Virus record (IMG/VR): IMGVR_UViG_3300009163_000019 | DNA: 64,000 bases | Strand: one strand, 5' to 3' | From: a virus | Shown: positions 29,645-39,350 of the stretch, one piece after another | How positions within the stretch are numbered: position 1 is the stretch's first letter | Layout of the letters: every line of letters begins with the position of its first letter | Made by a program: the position numbers and the translations under genes | The notes under the pieces: generated by a model | Database searches by the model: none | What the model was told of the DNA's origin: nothing | What the model saw: the letters and a program-made list of their open reading frames with translations, nothing else

Positions 29645-30282
29645 ATTTTATTTATTTGTAGTTCTACTTTACTTGCCATCAAATCTGCTTGATGTAGAAT
29701 AAAAGCAATATTAGATCTTAATTCATTATCTTTATTATAGGTAATGTAGTAAGCTTTATTAGATTCCTCATATAAACCGTCATGAAGTTTAATAGCAAGA
29801 TACTCATTTTGAGTTACTGGAACACCTGCTTTTTGAAGATAGAATAAACTCCTATCTGCAACTCTCATGTATGTTATATTAGGATTGTATTTATATATTG
29901 CTCCTTGTTTTTCTATATGCCATTGGGAATCATTAGGAAGATACATAGGTTCATCATTAGTTCCTAGCTTGCCTAGATCATGATTAATAGCTGAAAATAC
30001 TAATTCTTCTGTACTATAATCTTTTTTCTGGCCAAATCTATCCCATACCTTTTCAAATACTAAAGAAGCCTCAACAACTCTTATAACATGATCAATATAT
30101 CCACCAGCAAATGCATTATGATGATCTAATTTAGTAGATGCAGGAGAAGTAACTAATGTTTCTTCAATAGATTTATAAAAATCAATAAGTTTATCTTTTC
30201 TACTATCACTAATGTATTTTGTAATAATTGAATAGAACTTATTCAGATTTTCTAACATCTGTTCAGGTTGTAATTGTTTCAT
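29641..30282 (-). CDS. HD-domain phosphohydrolase (YhaM-like HD region)
   Basis: PAS...HHNAFAGGYIDH, HDLGK, LHDG, LHQAD. Confidence 0.85.
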   Translation of the reverse strand: MKQLQPEQMLENLNKFYSIITKYISDSRKDKLIDFYKSIEETLVTSPASTKLDHHNAFAGGYIDHVIRVVEASLVFEKVWDRFGQKKDYSTEELVFSAINHDLGKLGTNDEPMYLPNDSQWHIEKQGAIYKYNPNITYMRVADRSLFYLQKAGVPVTQNEYLAIKLHDGLYEESNKAYYITYNKDNELRSNIAFILHQADLMASKVELQINKI

Positions 30283-30291
30283 AACTATTTT

Positions 30292-30471
30292 TTAAAATGA
30301 ATCTTGCTCAGTATTAATTAAAACTTCTATTTCTTTTAGTTTAGTTTCTATTTTATCTATTTGAACAGAAAACTCTTCTCTAGGTCTATTATCAGAAAGC
30401 ATAGCTTTTTGAACATTTATAAAATTTGCTATCTCAAAAAACTTTTTTAAAATTAATTGTTTATTTCTCAT
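30292..30471 (-). CDS. Hypothetical protein, 59 aa (not in the ORF track)
   Basis: Manual translation MRNKQLILKKFFEIANF...INTEQDSF; fills the gap between neighbouring genes. Confidence 0.65.
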   Translation of the reverse strand: MRNKQLILKKFFEIANFINVQKAMLSDNRPREEFSVQIDKIETKLKEIEVLINTEQDSF

Positions 30472-30475
30472 AATG

Positions 30476-30799
30476 CTAATTTAATTTATTTTTTATATAA
30501 TGTAACATACTATCTATAGAGTGCATAGGAATTCCTGTTACTCCACCATCAAAATCTTTATATTTGCTAATCATTTCATAAGAATTAGCAATATATAAGA
30601 TCTCTAGAATTCTATCTTCTTTATCTGTTATTAGTATCATAGGATATTCTTCGATACCAAGTAAAGTTTCTAATGAATCACATTGATTAGGATTATCTTC
30701 ACAATTAGTAAATTTATAGATAATATTATTATTGGACAACTCTTTTTTTAATTTATTGCATCTACTGCAATCTTGTAATGTTATCAATTGTATTTTCAT
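30476..30799 (-). CDS. Glutaredoxin/thioredoxin-fold protein
   Basis: N-terminal CSRC motif and a later YP (cis-Pro) motif. Confidence 0.75.
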   Translation of the reverse strand: MKIQLITLQDCSRCNKLKKELSNNNIIYKFTNCEDNPNQCDSLETLLGIEEYPMILITDKEDRILEILYIANSYEMISKYKDFDGGVTGIPMHSIDSMLHYIKNKLN

Positions 30800-30966
30800 G
30801 TATCTATATCATTAAATTCATTATCTATTTTTTCCATTATCAAATACCATGCTTTTTTTTCGTCTTCTTCCATAGAATCATAATTCATAGACAAATATAT
30901 ATATAAAGCTTGTAATTGATCTTCTGTTAATTTATTTCCTTCTATTTCTATATCTTCTATTTTCAT
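30796..30966 (-). CDS. Acidic hypothetical protein, 56 aa (not in the ORF track)
   Basis: Manual translation MKIEDIEIEGNKLTEDQLQALYIYL...NDIDT; ATGA overlap with the next gene. Confidence 0.65.
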   Translation of the reverse strand: MKIEDIEIEGNKLTEDQLQALYIYLSMNYDSMEEDEKKAWYLIMEKIDNEFNDIDT

Positions 30967-31237
30967 AATAGGCTAGTTTAAAGGTATTAGGCCTTTATTT
31001 AGAGTAGGATTGACTTTGTTTTTCATTGATAGTTTATATTTAAAACCCTTTAGCGGACTAAACCGTCGGATATTGCCGATATTATTTTAAAACTTATTTA
31101 TCAATTTTATTTATATACCTGAAGCATTATGCTTAGTCTTAGCTCCTGGTAGCCAATTTATTACTTATTCTAAAACTCACTCATGGAATTTAACCAAGCT
31201 ATGGTATAGAACCTAAGTATATGGCATTAATACAACT

Positions 31238-31273
31238 AATATACAACAAATAATTGAAATAAAAAAATTTATT
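31238..31273 (-). promoter_or_regulatory. Class-E promoter-like element driving the leftward early genes
   Basis: The minus strand reads AATAAATTTTTTTATTTCAATTATTTGTTGTATATT. Confidence 0.65.
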
Positions 31274-31277
31274 TTGA

Positions 31278-31313
31278 TAAATATTTTTTTATATGGTTTT
31301 TTTATCTTATATT
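31278..31313 (+). promoter_or_regulatory. Degenerate class-E promoter-like element upstream of primase
   Basis: TAAATATTTTTTTATATGGTTTTTTTATCTTATATT has the same T7-ATAT...TATATT spacing. Confidence 0.5.
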
Positions 31314-31319
31314 AGTATA

Positions 31320-32249
31320 ATGGAGAATGAACTTTTAGTTTTAGGTTTATTAGAATCTGTCCTTGGTAAAGGAAAAGGATCAAAAACAACCATGGACTAT
31401 GCTTTTTATTGCCCAGTTTGTAAACATAAGAATCCTAAACTTATTGTTAATATCAAATCTGGACAGTATAATTGCTGGACATGCCATCCACCTACTAAAG
31501 GTAAAACACCAGTATCACTTTTTAAAAAAATAGATGCTCCAAATGACAGGCTATTAGAAATGAAGAGCTATTTTAAAGGAGATAATACCAAGATTGATAC
31601 CACAAAATCAGATAAAGTAACCTTACCAGAAGAATTTATATCTTTATCTAATCCAGATAAAACATTAGAGACTAGACATGCATTATCTTACATAAAGAAA
31701 AGAGGAATTACAGAAAATGATATTAAAAAATATGGAATAGGGTATTGTAAGACCGGAAGATATAGAAACAGAATAATAGTTCCATCTTATGATAAATCAG
31801 GAGTCTTAAATTATTTTATTGCTAGATCATTTGAATCTGATCCTAGTAGAAAATATGATGCTCCTACATGTAATAAGACAGAAATAATTGGATTAGAGTA
31901 TTTTATTAATTGGTCCGTTCCTGTTATTCTTTGTGAAGGAATATTTGATGCAATATCTATTAAAAGAAATGCTATTCCTTTATTTGGTAAGACGATTACT
32001 AAGTCACTAATGATGAAATTAGTAGAATCTGAAGTAAAAACTATATATTTAGCATTAGACAAAGATGCTTTAAAAGAAGCTCTTGAATATTCTCAAAATC
32101 TTTTAAATCTAGGTAAAGAAGTTTATCTAATTGAACTAGAAGGGAAAGATCCTTCTGATCTTGGTTTTAATAATATGACTAAGTTACTACATAAAGCGAA
32201 GCCACTATCATTTAGTGATCTACTTCTTAAAAAAATCCAATTATTATGA
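31320..32249 (+). CDS. DNA primase (Zn finger + TOPRIM); start likely ATG 31320
   Basis: CPVC.H...YNCWTC zinc finger; RIIVP; LCEGIFDA; LALDKDA; KDP. Confidence 0.9.
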   Translation: MENELLVLGLLESVLGKGKGSKTTMDYAFYCPVCKHKNPKLIVNIKSGQYNCWTCHPPTKGKTPVSLFKKIDAPNDRLLEMKSYFKGDNTKIDTTKSDKVTLPEEFISLSNPDKTLETRHALSYIKKRGITENDIKKYGIGYCKTGRYRNRIIVPSYDKSGVLNYFIARSFESDPSRKYDAPTCNKTEIIGLEYFINWSVPVILCEGIFDAISIKRNAIPLFGKTITKSLMMKLVESEVKTIYLALDKDALKEALEYSQNLLNLGKEVYLIELEGKDPSDLGFNNMTKLLHKAKPLSFSDLLLKKIQLL

Positions 32250-33040
32250 TTGAGCAATCAAAAAATATCTATAAAGATAATTTCTTAAGAAGAATTGTCG
32301 AGACCGACCCAGAATTGAGACAGATAACTTTACACGATTCAAGATATTATCAAAGATCCCCAGGAGTTTTTTATCCATCTGTTACTACAATTTTAAGTTA
32401 TTTTCCTAAGGGACATTTTTTTGAAACATGGATTAAGGATGTCGGGCATAATTCTGATATTATTATGAGGCGCGCAGGTGATGAAGGTACACAAGTGCAT
32501 ACAGCGATTGAAAAATATCTTAGAGGTGAAAGTATTAGGTGGATTGAATCTGACGGAAGAGTTAATTATAGTACCCACGTATGGAAAATGATACTCGGAT
32601 TTGTAGATTTTTGGAGTAGGTATAAACCAACATTATTGCTTTCAGAAGAATTTATGTATTCAGATACCCACAAATACTCTGGAACCCTAGATCTTTTAGT
32701 AGATATTGAAGGCAAAAAGTGGTTACTTGATATTAAAACATCAAATAATATACATGAAAGCTATCATTTACAAATGTCAGCGTACACAAAAGCTTATGAG
32801 GAAAAATACCTTCAAAAAGTAGATAATAATGGAATTATTTGGTTAAAATCAACTAAAAGAGGCCCGGATAAATATGGTAAAAAGATGCAGGGAGCTGGAT
32901 GGGAAATTATTGAAGGTAAAAAAACAGTAGATGAATACTTCCAAATGTTTCTGCATACTTATGAAACCTATAAAATAATGCATCCTGAACAAGATATAGA
33001 ACTACTTACTCTTCCAAACACAGTTAAACTTTCTGATTAA
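32246..33040 (+). CDS. PD-(D/E)XK exonuclease (Cas4/RecB-like phage type)
   Basis: PSVTTIL, GTQVH, YSGTLDL, LDIKTS, LQMSAY. Confidence 0.85.
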   Translation: MIEQSKNIYKDNFLRRIVETDPELRQITLHDSRYYQRSPGVFYPSVTTILSYFPKGHFFETWIKDVGHNSDIIMRRAGDEGTQVHTAIEKYLRGESIRWIESDGRVNYSTHVWKMILGFVDFWSRYKPTLLLSEEFMYSDTHKYSGTLDLLVDIEGKKWLLDIKTSNNIHESYHLQMSAYTKAYEEKYLQKVDNNGIIWLKSTKRGPDKYGKKMQGAGWEIIEGKKTVDEYFQMFLHTYETYKIMHPEQDIELLTLPNTVKLSD

Positions 33041-33047
33041 TATTTAT
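33040..33047 (+). promoter_or_regulatory. Class-L (late) promoter-like motif ATATTTAT, representative + strand copy
   Basis: The same 8-mer lies on the coding strand upstream of many late genes on both strands (listed in findings). Confidence 0.65.
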
Positions 33048-33054
33048 AGGTAGT

Positions 33055-33840
33055 ATGATAAAGCTACTAGATATATTAAAAGAGGTAAAATCTCAAAAAA
33101 AAGCCATTATTATGGCTGGAGGTGCTGGAGCAGGTAAATCAACATTTGTAAAACAGATCAGACCAGACCTTAAAAGTAATAACTGGATTGAATTAAACGC
33201 AGATAAATACATTGAGGATAAAGATAGCCCTATGTATAATAATTTAGGCAAGGCTTCTTCATATATAGATAAACAAGAATTACCACAAACTGTAAATAAA
33301 GGGCAAAATTTCCTTTATGATACTACAGGAGCAAATCCAAGTAAAATACAGAATATAGTAGATTCTGGTTACGATACTATGATGGTCATGGTATATACTA
33401 GTCCAATTGTTAGTTTTCTTCGCAACTTTAAAAGGGAAAGAAAGGTTCCAACAGTTGGAGTATTAACTAGCTGGAATAGTGTATATAAAAATCTTTCTAC
33501 ATATAAGCAAATGTTCGGAGATAAATTTTATCTTGTGGAAACAGGATTAACTCCAGAGGAAGCAAAAATGGTAGAACGATTTAATCAAGCATATAATTCT
33601 GGAGAATTAAAGCAATTTTTTGAGTCCTTACTAAAATCCGGAGAGTTTAAGTCTACATTTAGAAATGATCCGGCTAAACAAAAAACTCCTGAAGAGATAG
33701 CTAAATCAAAAGAATTAGTAGATAGACAAATAGATATACTATCTGATCAATTTGATGATATAGAATCTCAAGTAAAATCTTTAGGCAGTTCTGATATATC
33801 AAATGTTGTGAGTAAAGTAAAATCATTTATAAAATCATGA
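33055..33840 (+). CDS. P-loop kinase (zeta-toxin/AAA_33-like)
   Basis: MAGGAGAGKST, NAD, YDTTG, RN.KRER.VP; N-terminal MIKLLDILKE leader. Confidence 0.75.
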   Translation: MIKLLDILKEVKSQKKAIIMAGGAGAGKSTFVKQIRPDLKSNNWIELNADKYIEDKDSPMYNNLGKASSYIDKQELPQTVNKGQNFLYDTTGANPSKIQNIVDSGYDTMMVMVYTSPIVSFLRNFKRERKVPTVGVLTSWNSVYKNLSTYKQMFGDKFYLVETGLTPEEAKMVERFNQAYNSGELKQFFESLLKSGEFKSTFRNDPAKQKTPEEIAKSKELVDRQIDILSDQFDDIESQVKSLGSSDISNVVSKVKSFIKS

Positions 33841-34427
33841 TGAATTTTGATCACATAGGAAGACAGATCGTTGAAGATCTATTAAGAGAAGGAAGTCCTG
33901 ATGTAGGACCTTGTTTTTTTCCTGGTAAATTTAAGCCTCCTCATAAAGGACATTTTGAAGCCGCTAAATACTTAGCTTCCCTAAATTATATTAATATAGT
34001 ATATGTAATTATATCTAATGTAACTAAATTTGGAATAACTTCAGAAGATTCTCTTTATATTTGGCAAGAATATCTTAAAGCTGAGCCAAATCCTAAAATA
34101 AAAGTATCAATATCTAAAGAATCAACTCCTATAAAAGATATATTTGCTTTCATGGCCGATAATCCAGATGTTAATCCAATATACGTTGCAGGCGGAGAAG
34201 AAGAGGTAGAAGGAATAGGGTATTTTGATAGTATTCAAAAAAGATATCCTAATAGAGTAAGAAAAGAAGTCATACCTGCTCAATTTGAAAGAATAAGAGC
34301 GACAGATATGAGAGCCGTAGTTAAAACTGGTAACTTTGAAGAGTTTGCTAAGTTTATTCCTGATGCAGCATATAATAAAGGTGTTGCTAAAGACGTATTT
34401 GGTCGTCTTATTAAAATAATAAAATGA
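33837..34427 (+). CDS. HIGH-class nucleotidyltransferase (NMNAT/cytidylyltransferase-like)
   Basis: PGKFKPPHKGH and a C-terminal IRATDMR (an ISSTxIR equivalent). Confidence 0.8.
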   Translation: MMNFDHIGRQIVEDLLREGSPDVGPCFFPGKFKPPHKGHFEAAKYLASLNYINIVYVIISNVTKFGITSEDSLYIWQEYLKAEPNPKIKVSISKESTPIKDIFAFMADNPDVNPIYVAGGEEEVEGIGYFDSIQKRYPNRVRKEVIPAQFERIRATDMRAVVKTGNFEEFAKFIPDAAYNKGVAKDVFGRLIKIIK

Positions 34428-35338
34428 CAGAAGATTTAAAAAAGCAAATTATAGAGGAGTTTATACAGTATTGCAAATCTGTATTAAAAATAGATAGTCT
34501 ACCGCCTATCCAATTTACTAATGATAGAGCTTGGGCAGTAGAAAGGCATAGTTTTGGAGAGTATGATCCAAATAAAAACACTCTTTTTGTTTATATAGGT
34601 AATAGGAATCTGGCAGACATACTCAGAACACTAGGTCATGAGTTAGTACACCATAAACAAAATGAACTTGGAGTATTAGAAAATGGATCTGGCCAAACAG
34701 GTTCAGAAATAGAGAATGAAGCTAATTCAATAGCAGGTGTTTTGATGCGAAATTATGGTAAAGCTAATGAACTTATATATGAGATCAAGACTCCTAGCCT
34801 AAAAGACATTTATGAAGAGGAGAAAGTATCTAGATTAAAGATATACTGCGATATGGATGGAGTCCTTTGTGATTTTGATAAAAGATTTGAGGATTTTTAT
34901 AATGTATCTCCTTCAGAATATAGAAAAAAGTATACTCCAGAAAAATCAAATGAATACTTAACCAATGCAGTAGACGAAGCTGGTGTTCAATTCTGGTCTA
35001 AAATGCCATGGATGCCAGGAGGAAAAGAATTATGGGATAAAATATCTCCATATAATCCATCTATAATTACTAGTCCTGGTAATTTTAAATTTGCAATAGA
35101 AGGTAAAAATATTTGGATTAAAGAAAATCTATCTCCACAACCAAAAAATGTATTTTTTGCTAAAGCTGGAAATAAACATCTAGTAATATCCAATAAACCA
35201 GAATCAGAAATCAAAAATTCAATTCTAATTGATGATTATTTTTCAAATATAGCCCCTTGGAAACAATTAGGAGGCATAGGAATCATGCACAAATCATTTG
35301 AAGGAACAAATAGTATACTAAATAAATTTAAGTTATAA
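34424..35338 (+). CDS. HExxH zincin-like domain fused to a HAD 5'(3')-nucleotidase-like domain
   Basis: LGHELVHHKQ...EANS; then YCDMDGVLCDF, K..W, LIDD. Confidence 0.8.
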   Translation: MTEDLKKQIIEEFIQYCKSVLKIDSLPPIQFTNDRAWAVERHSFGEYDPNKNTLFVYIGNRNLADILRTLGHELVHHKQNELGVLENGSGQTGSEIENEANSIAGVLMRNYGKANELIYEIKTPSLKDIYEEEKVSRLKIYCDMDGVLCDFDKRFEDFYNVSPSEYRKKYTPEKSNEYLTNAVDEAGVQFWSKMPWMPGGKELWDKISPYNPSIITSPGNFKFAIEGKNIWIKENLSPQPKNVFFAKAGNKHLVISNKPESEIKNSILIDDYFSNIAPWKQLGGIGIMHKSFEGTNSILNKFKL

Positions 35339-35348
35339 TAAAATAGTT

Positions 35349-35924
35349 ATGGAAGAGAAACAGTCTATGAAAAAGGAGTTCTCAAAAAAGGACGTCCAAA
35401 GAATGAGAAATATTATCACAGGAAAAACTGGAGATAAGACACAAATCCTAACAGGATGGGAAAAAAAACAAGCAGATCATAAAGAAGGAGATGTTTGGGA
35501 AGAGCTAGGACGCTCTTGGACTATTAAAAATGGTATTAAACAAACACTAACTAAATTAGATGGTTTTAAAAAGTTAGTAGTATTACCATTATGTTGTCCT
35601 AGATGTTCTAAGCCAATGAAAGCTAGCGATCTTAATAAAAAAATGTACTCTATATATAGTACTTGTTTTAATTGTGCAATTGATATTGAAGCAGAAATGA
35701 AAAAACAAGGTACTTTTGAAGATTATGAAAAGAAAATGATCAATGCAAATAAAAACGCAAGCTTAGAAGACTTTGAAAGAGCCGTTGATCAGTGGTTATT
35801 AGACAAAGATACCTTTGTAAGTGAGGCCGGAGATGTAGAAAGTTGGCAAGGTGGAGATAAGACAAAGATATATCAGGAAATCAAAGCTAACTTGGATAAA
35901 CTAAAGAATACCGATATTTATTAG
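35349..35924 (+). CDS. Hypothetical protein with a CxxC...CxxC zinc motif
   Basis: CPRC...CFNC; EGDVWEE..R.WTIKNGIKQ. Confidence 0.7.
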   Translation: MEEKQSMKKEFSKKDVQRMRNIITGKTGDKTQILTGWEKKQADHKEGDVWEELGRSWTIKNGIKQTLTKLDGFKKLVVLPLCCPRCSKPMKASDLNKKMYSIYSTCFNCAIDIEAEMKKQGTFEDYEKKMINANKNASLEDFERAVDQWLLDKDTFVSEAGDVESWQGGDKTKIYQEIKANLDKLKNTDIY

Positions 35925-35945
35925 CAAATTATAAAGACTTATATA

Positions 35946-36776
35946 ATGAGTAATCTATCAGAAAAAGCTGTATCAAAAAATCAACAACAGTTAATGGGCA
36001 TAGTTCATGCTCTACAAACAGGAGATAAAAAACCTTCACAAGCATCAGGTAAAGCAAAAAAATTAGCTAAATCAATGGATCCAGAAGCTGTAACAGACTA
36101 TGCATCTACTAAACATAAAGGACTTAAAGATAAAGTAAAGAAAGAAAACTTAGATGGCGCACTTGCAACAGTATATATGGTTAAAAAGCCTTATGCTGGA
36201 TGTCAATTGACTTCTTTAGTAGAACCAATTGATCCTCTATTAGGTATAGGAGTTGGTCATGAGATCGTTCCTGATGAAGTTCATGGAGTTTATGCTGATC
36301 AAGATCAAGCAGATGTAGTAGCTAGTGAACTTTATGAAGCCTATTGTGAAAAAGAAAGTATGCTTGAAGAGAAAAAAGGCCAAGTTGGAGATAAAATTAA
36401 AAAAGCTATTGATCAACTAGAGAAAAAACATAAAGAACATATCAATTTAGCAAAAGAAGACCCAAAAAATGCTTCTAAACATAAAGAACATATTGCTAAA
36501 ATAGCTCATCAGATTGATGATCTTATGACTAAGTTAGAAAAGATAGAAAAGTCTAAGAAAGAAATTAAAAAAGATGAAGACAAAAAAAGCTTAAAAGAAA
36601 GTAAGTTTACCGCAGAAATGGGTAAAACGCTAAGCGGTGATACAACAGTAATAGTAAAAAAAGATGGTAAAGTATTATCAGCTGATGAACAGCGTGAACT
36701 TTCTGATAAAGAAAGACAAGAAATATCAATACTTAAGCAAGCAGCTGTAGAAAAAGGTAGATGGAAATCTAAATAA
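35946..36776 (+). CDS. Modular probable head-internal protein (DUF3008-like N-terminus)
   Basis: AVSKNQQQLMGIVHA...ASTKHKGL; LSE/LEE/LKE sites; late motif at 35914. Confidence 0.6.
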   Translation: MSNLSEKAVSKNQQQLMGIVHALQTGDKKPSQASGKAKKLAKSMDPEAVTDYASTKHKGLKDKVKKENLDGALATVYMVKKPYAGCQLTSLVEPIDPLLGIGVGHEIVPDEVHGVYADQDQADVVASELYEAYCEKESMLEEKKGQVGDKIKKAIDQLEKKHKEHINLAKEDPKNASKHKEHIAKIAHQIDDLMTKLEKIEKSKKEIKKDEDKKSLKESKFTAEMGKTLSGDTTVIVKKDGKVLSADEQRELSDKERQEISILKQAAVEKGRWKSK

Positions 36777-36788
36777 AAAAATAAAATA

Positions 36789-37151
36789 ATGGAACCATAC
36801 GCACTATTTATAGGAACTTTATTTCAATCTAGAAATCAAGCCCACATATATCATTTACAAACTCCTTCTTTTGCAGCACATAAAGCTCTACAAGAGTATT
36901 ATGAAGAGATTATTGAGTTAGCTGATGGACTAGTTGAATCTTATCAAGGTAGATATGGTATTCTTCGTGGATATAAAATGGAAAATGCTATTAAAGAAGA
37001 CGATAATCCTGTAATGTATTTTGATGCACTATCTAAATTTGTAGAAGTAATTAGAACAAAGGTTCCTCAAGATTCTTATATTCAAAATGAGATTGACAAT
37101 GTAGTTGGTCTTATTGAATCAACTAAATATAAGCTTAAATTTTTACACTAA
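36789..37151 (+). CDS. Dps/ferritin-like four-helix protein
   Basis: QAHIYHLQT.SFAAHKALQEYY...D.LVE.YQG.YG...YKLKFL. Confidence 0.75.
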   Translation: MEPYALFIGTLFQSRNQAHIYHLQTPSFAAHKALQEYYEEIIELADGLVESYQGRYGILRGYKMENAIKEDDNPVMYFDALSKFVEVIRTKVPQDSYIQNEIDNVVGLIESTKYKLKFLH

Positions 37152-37420
37152 TGAATATTAATGAGATCAAACAATTTCAGAAATTAGCTGGAATAAATGA
37201 AGAAACTATTAATGTAGTTGATTCTGTTCCTGAATTACAGAAAAAGTTAAAAGACTTAGCAGTTCAAATTCCAAAAATAAAAGGAATTGATGTAGCTGAG
37301 GTTAAAAACATCAGCGCCTTATTAGATGCTATAGTTTCTAAATTAGGAAAAGGATCTGTAGGAAATGCTGAAAAAGCAGCTCTTGATGTATTTAATAAAA
37401 GAACAAGTAATCTTGGATAA
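37151..37420 (+). CDS. Hypothetical protein with a QKLAGI motif
   Basis: MNINEIKQFQKLAGINEE. Confidence 0.7.
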   Translation: MNINEIKQFQKLAGINEETINVVDSVPELQKKLKDLAVQIPKIKGIDVAEVKNISALLDAIVSKLGKGSVGNAEKAALDVFNKRTSNLG

Positions 37421-38151
37421 TGGCTGAATTAAATACATATGGTGATTTAAAAAAAGTTATTAAAGCTATCTCTCTTAAACAAAAAGGAGAGAAGATAGGC
37501 TCTATAGCTTTAGATACCATAATTGGATTTATACCAGGAGCAGATGCTGCTAGAACAACTTTTGATTTTATAAAAGCGGCTATTTCAAAACCAGATAATA
37601 AAAAAACAAAAACTTGGTTAGATAGATTAGATATAGATGATGAAATGTCAGCAATTGTTGATGATACTGTTGAAAATGGATTCATGCAAATGATGGCCAA
37701 AACTATAGAAGCAGAACCGGATGATAAACCATTAGAGCCAGATTTTAATATGAATGCTAAAATGGTTGATTATTTAAAAGAAAAATACGAAGGAAGAACA
37801 ATATACGGAATTAAAGAAGAAATAAATATTAAAGAAGAACTTAATGAAGGTGAATTCTGTCCTCAATGCTTAGCTCAATATATAAGAGATAATATTAACA
37901 CATTAAATGAAGCTAAGTATCAAGGCAGAACAGTACAGTTAGGAAAGCCAATGGCCGGGGATGTTAAGAAGTTTAAGGTATATGTTAAGAATGATAAAGG
38001 AAATGTGGTTAAGGTTAACTTTGGTCAGAAGGGAGTAAAGATAAAGAAGAATAATCCTGCAAGAAGGAAGAGTTTCAGAGCAAGACATCATTGTGATACT
38101 AACCCAGGACCTCGTTGGAAAGCTAGATATTGGAGTTGTAGAAAATGGTAA
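37420..38151 (+). CDS. Two-module protein with a basic C-terminal domain (DUF6321-like)
   Basis: KKFKVYVKN...VNFG...RRKSFRARHHCD...ARYWSCRKW after LNE sites. Confidence 0.65.
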   Translation: MAELNTYGDLKKVIKAISLKQKGEKIGSIALDTIIGFIPGADAARTTFDFIKAAISKPDNKKTKTWLDRLDIDDEMSAIVDDTVENGFMQMMAKTIEAEPDDKPLEPDFNMNAKMVDYLKEKYEGRTIYGIKEEINIKEELNEGEFCPQCLAQYIRDNINTLNEAKYQGRTVQLGKPMAGDVKKFKVYVKNDKGNVVKVNFGQKGVKIKKNNPARRKSFRARHHCDTNPGPRWKARYWSCRKW

Positions 38152-38789
38152 AAGATAAAGAAATATATTGTAAGAATTGCCCTCATCATTGGAAGTTATC
38201 TGATGGAGGAAAAGATCCTTATACCTGTCATAAATGTAATTATAATAATAAAGAAATGAAATTAACAGAAATAATGAAAGAGATGGCTAAGACTGATATT
38301 CACTTTCAGAATATAGTTAATACTTTTGTTAATAGTGATAATCACACTAAGAAAAATATTGCTAAGTATGTATCAGGACAACCCCATCTAGATCTTGATA
38401 AATTAGAATATGATCTATTACATTTAGATTATGACGATGTCATAGAGATTGAAAATGAGTTAGGTATTTATGCTTTAGAAGAAGCCTGCTGGGATGGATA
38501 TAGAAAAGATGGAATGAAAAAGGGAAGGAAAGGAAACATGGTTCCTAACTGTGTTAGAGTAGGAGAGGCTAAAAAGACAGGTGAAGTTAATCCTGCATAT
38601 CTTACTAAAGATGCAGCAGAAATGAAAAAAGATATAAAAACAAGAAAGAATTTAAAGTCGGATGATCCCGCAGCTTATGGAAAATGGGATGCAGACTATT
38701 CTGATAAAGCTATGACTAAAAAGTATAAGACTAGAAAATCTGCGGCCACTGTTGCATATGAAAAAAGATTTGGTAAAAAAGAAAAGTAA
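38145..38789 (+). CDS. Modular protein: zinc ribbon + helical module + CWDGY..VPNC module
   Basis: CKNC...CHKC; internal MKLTEIMKE; LEEACWDGY...MVPNCV. Confidence 0.65.
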   Translation: MVKDKEIYCKNCPHHWKLSDGGKDPYTCHKCNYNNKEMKLTEIMKEMAKTDIHFQNIVNTFVNSDNHTKKNIAKYVSGQPHLDLDKLEYDLLHLDYDDVIEIENELGIYALEEACWDGYRKDGMKKGRKGNMVPNCVRVGEAKKTGEVNPAYLTKDAAEMKKDIKTRKNLKSDDPAAYGKWDADYSDKAMTKKYKTRKSAATVAYEKRFGKKEK

Positions 38790-39061
38790 TGAAGCTACAA
38801 GAACTATTACAACAGTTAGTTGAAGAAAGGTTAAAGTTTCATCATTCTAATGCACCAGATGCAAAAGGTAAGTTCAAAGAGTTGCCAGCAGAAAAGTTAG
38901 CAAATTGGTTGATAAGGACAAGAAAAGGTAAGATGAGTAAAATAACAGGCTCATTAAATCAACAAGCTAATTTTAATCGTAAAGATGATCCTGCTTATGC
39001 AAGGAAGATGGATAGGACTCGTGAAATAGTTAAAAATAAACTAGATAAAAAAAAGAAATAA
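38789..39061 (+). CDS. Small basic protein with an MKLQELL..LVEE leader
   Basis: ORF coupled by TAATG; Lys/Arg-rich. Confidence 0.7.
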   Translation: MKLQELLQQLVEERLKFHHSNAPDAKGKFKELPAEKLANWLIRTRKGKMSKITGSLNQQANFNRKDDPAYARKMDRTREIVKNKLDKKKK

Positions 39062-39348
39062 TGATTACCAATTTAGATATCTTAAAAAAGATACTTATTC
39101 TTGAGTATGATGCTGAAGTAGAAAAGGCCTTAGCAAATAAAGCTAAGTCTACTGGTATATCTAAAACAATATTAAAAAGCGTATATACTAAAGGCTTAGC
39201 CGCATGGAAAACAGGCCATCGCCCAGGAGCTGGTCAACATCAATGGGGAATGGGGCGAGTTAATTCTTTTGTAACAGGAAAAGGTGGAGCTAGAAAAGCA
39301 GATGCTAAATTATGGAAAACAGCAAGTAAATCAAAAAAGAAAAAATAA
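39061..39348 (+). CDS. Small basic protein (DUF5824-like)
   Basis: KAKSTGI...VY.KGLAAWKTGHRPG...QW..GRVNSF. Confidence 0.65.
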   Translation: MITNLDILKKILILEYDAEVEKALANKAKSTGISKTILKSVYTKGLAAWKTGHRPGAGQHQWGMGRVNSFVTGKGGARKADAKLWKTASKSKKKK

Positions 39349-39350
39349 AA

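Noticed and set aside
32246-33040. Cas4-like nuclease as a sign of a CRISPR system
   Set aside because: Stand-alone PD-(D/E)XK exonucleases beside primase are ordinary phage replication genes; there is no Fe-S cysteine set and no array.
33055-33840. Zeta toxin of a toxin-antitoxin pair
   Set aside because: The resemblance is at the level of the P-loop kinase fold only. No antitoxin-like partner is seen and the context is a late operon.
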